A stretch of 64,000 nt of DNA from Malacoraja senta. Its lineage: Eukaryota. Position numbers and translations under genes: made by a program. The stretch lies in contig CM075995.1 in the NCBI GenBank assembly GCA_038087875.1, positions 7,318,001 through 7,382,000 of the forward strand. Direction: 5' to 3'. Shown here piece by piece: positions 63,422-64,000 of the stretch. The notes under the pieces were generated by a model. It saw only the letters and a program-made list of their open reading frames with translations, was not told where the DNA came from and searched no databases. The number at the start of each line of letters is the position of its first letter. Position 1 is the first letter of the stretch.

Positions 63422-63995
63422 GACATGTTCCCGATGCTTGGGGGGGGATTCCAGAACCAGGGGTCACAGGTTAAGATTATTAAGGGTTTAGACACGCTAG
63501 AGGCAGGAAACATGTTCCCGATGTTAATTCCCGGGATGGCGGGACTGTCATATGCTGAGAGAATGGAGCGGCTGGGCTTGTACACTCTGGAGTTTAGAAG
63601 GAAGAGAGGGGAATCTCATTGAAACGTATAAGATTGTTAAGGGTTTGGACACGTTAGAGGCAGGAAACATGTTCCCGATGTTGGGGGAGTCCAGAACCAG
63701 GGGCCACAGTTTAAGGATAAGGGGTAAGCCATTTAGAACGGAGACGAGGAAACACTTTTTCACACCGGGAGTGGTGAGTCTGTGGAATTCTCTGCCTCAG
63801 AGGGCGGTGGAGGCAGGTTCTCTGGATGCTTTCAAGAGAGAGCTAGATAGGGCTCTTAAAAATAGCGGAGTCAGGGTATATGGGGAGAAGGCAGGAACGG
63901 GGTACTGATTGGGGATGATCAGCCATGATCACATTGAATGGCGGTGCTGGCTCGAAGGGCCGAATGGCCTACTCCTGCACCTATTGTCTATTGTG
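63422..63995 (+). mobile_element. CR1 LINE 3' fragment with rearranged 5' junction
   Basis: ORF 63552-63908 and CTATTGT tail. Confidence 0.9.
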
Positions 63996-64000
63996 ACCTG

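Noticed and set aside
63200..63622. 140-aa Ig-CR1 fusion ORF
   Set aside because: Chance read-through past a canonical GTAAAG donor into SINE and CR1 fragments.

Overview
Repeat-dense vertebrate genomic DNA. The repeat content (HE1-like tRNA/V-domain SINEs paired with CR1/HER1-type LINEs) points to a cartilaginous fish, probably a skate or ray; this is an inference. Most of the window is transposon-derived: a full-length but decayed Tc1 element, many CR1, Rex1/Babar, L1 and L2 fragments, Penelope fragments, PIF/Harbinger-type MITEs, a hAT-like element and a Helitron-like 3' end. Two spliced host genes are supported on the + strand, neither called correctly by the ORF track. The first is the last two coding exons of a C18orf21 (RMP24)-like gene (35819-36042, 37703-37856); its 5' exons were not found and may lie in the 200-N gap at 33966-34165. 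The second is the first two coding exons of a CD83-like Ig gene (57454-57502, 63240-63367). Best leads: (1) the abundant Penelope-derived repeat carries a minimal hammerhead-ribozyme core and inserts as short, often palindromic units; (2) a 21-unit hairpin+(TG)n minisatellite built from that repeat ends about 310 bp upstream of the CD83 start codon; (3) an L1 insertion is flanked by an apparent ~510-bp target-site duplication; (4) ETS/IRF/AP-1 motif clusters sit in unique islands around CD83. All identifications were made by eye with no database search, and TE boundaries are approximate unless TSDs are given.
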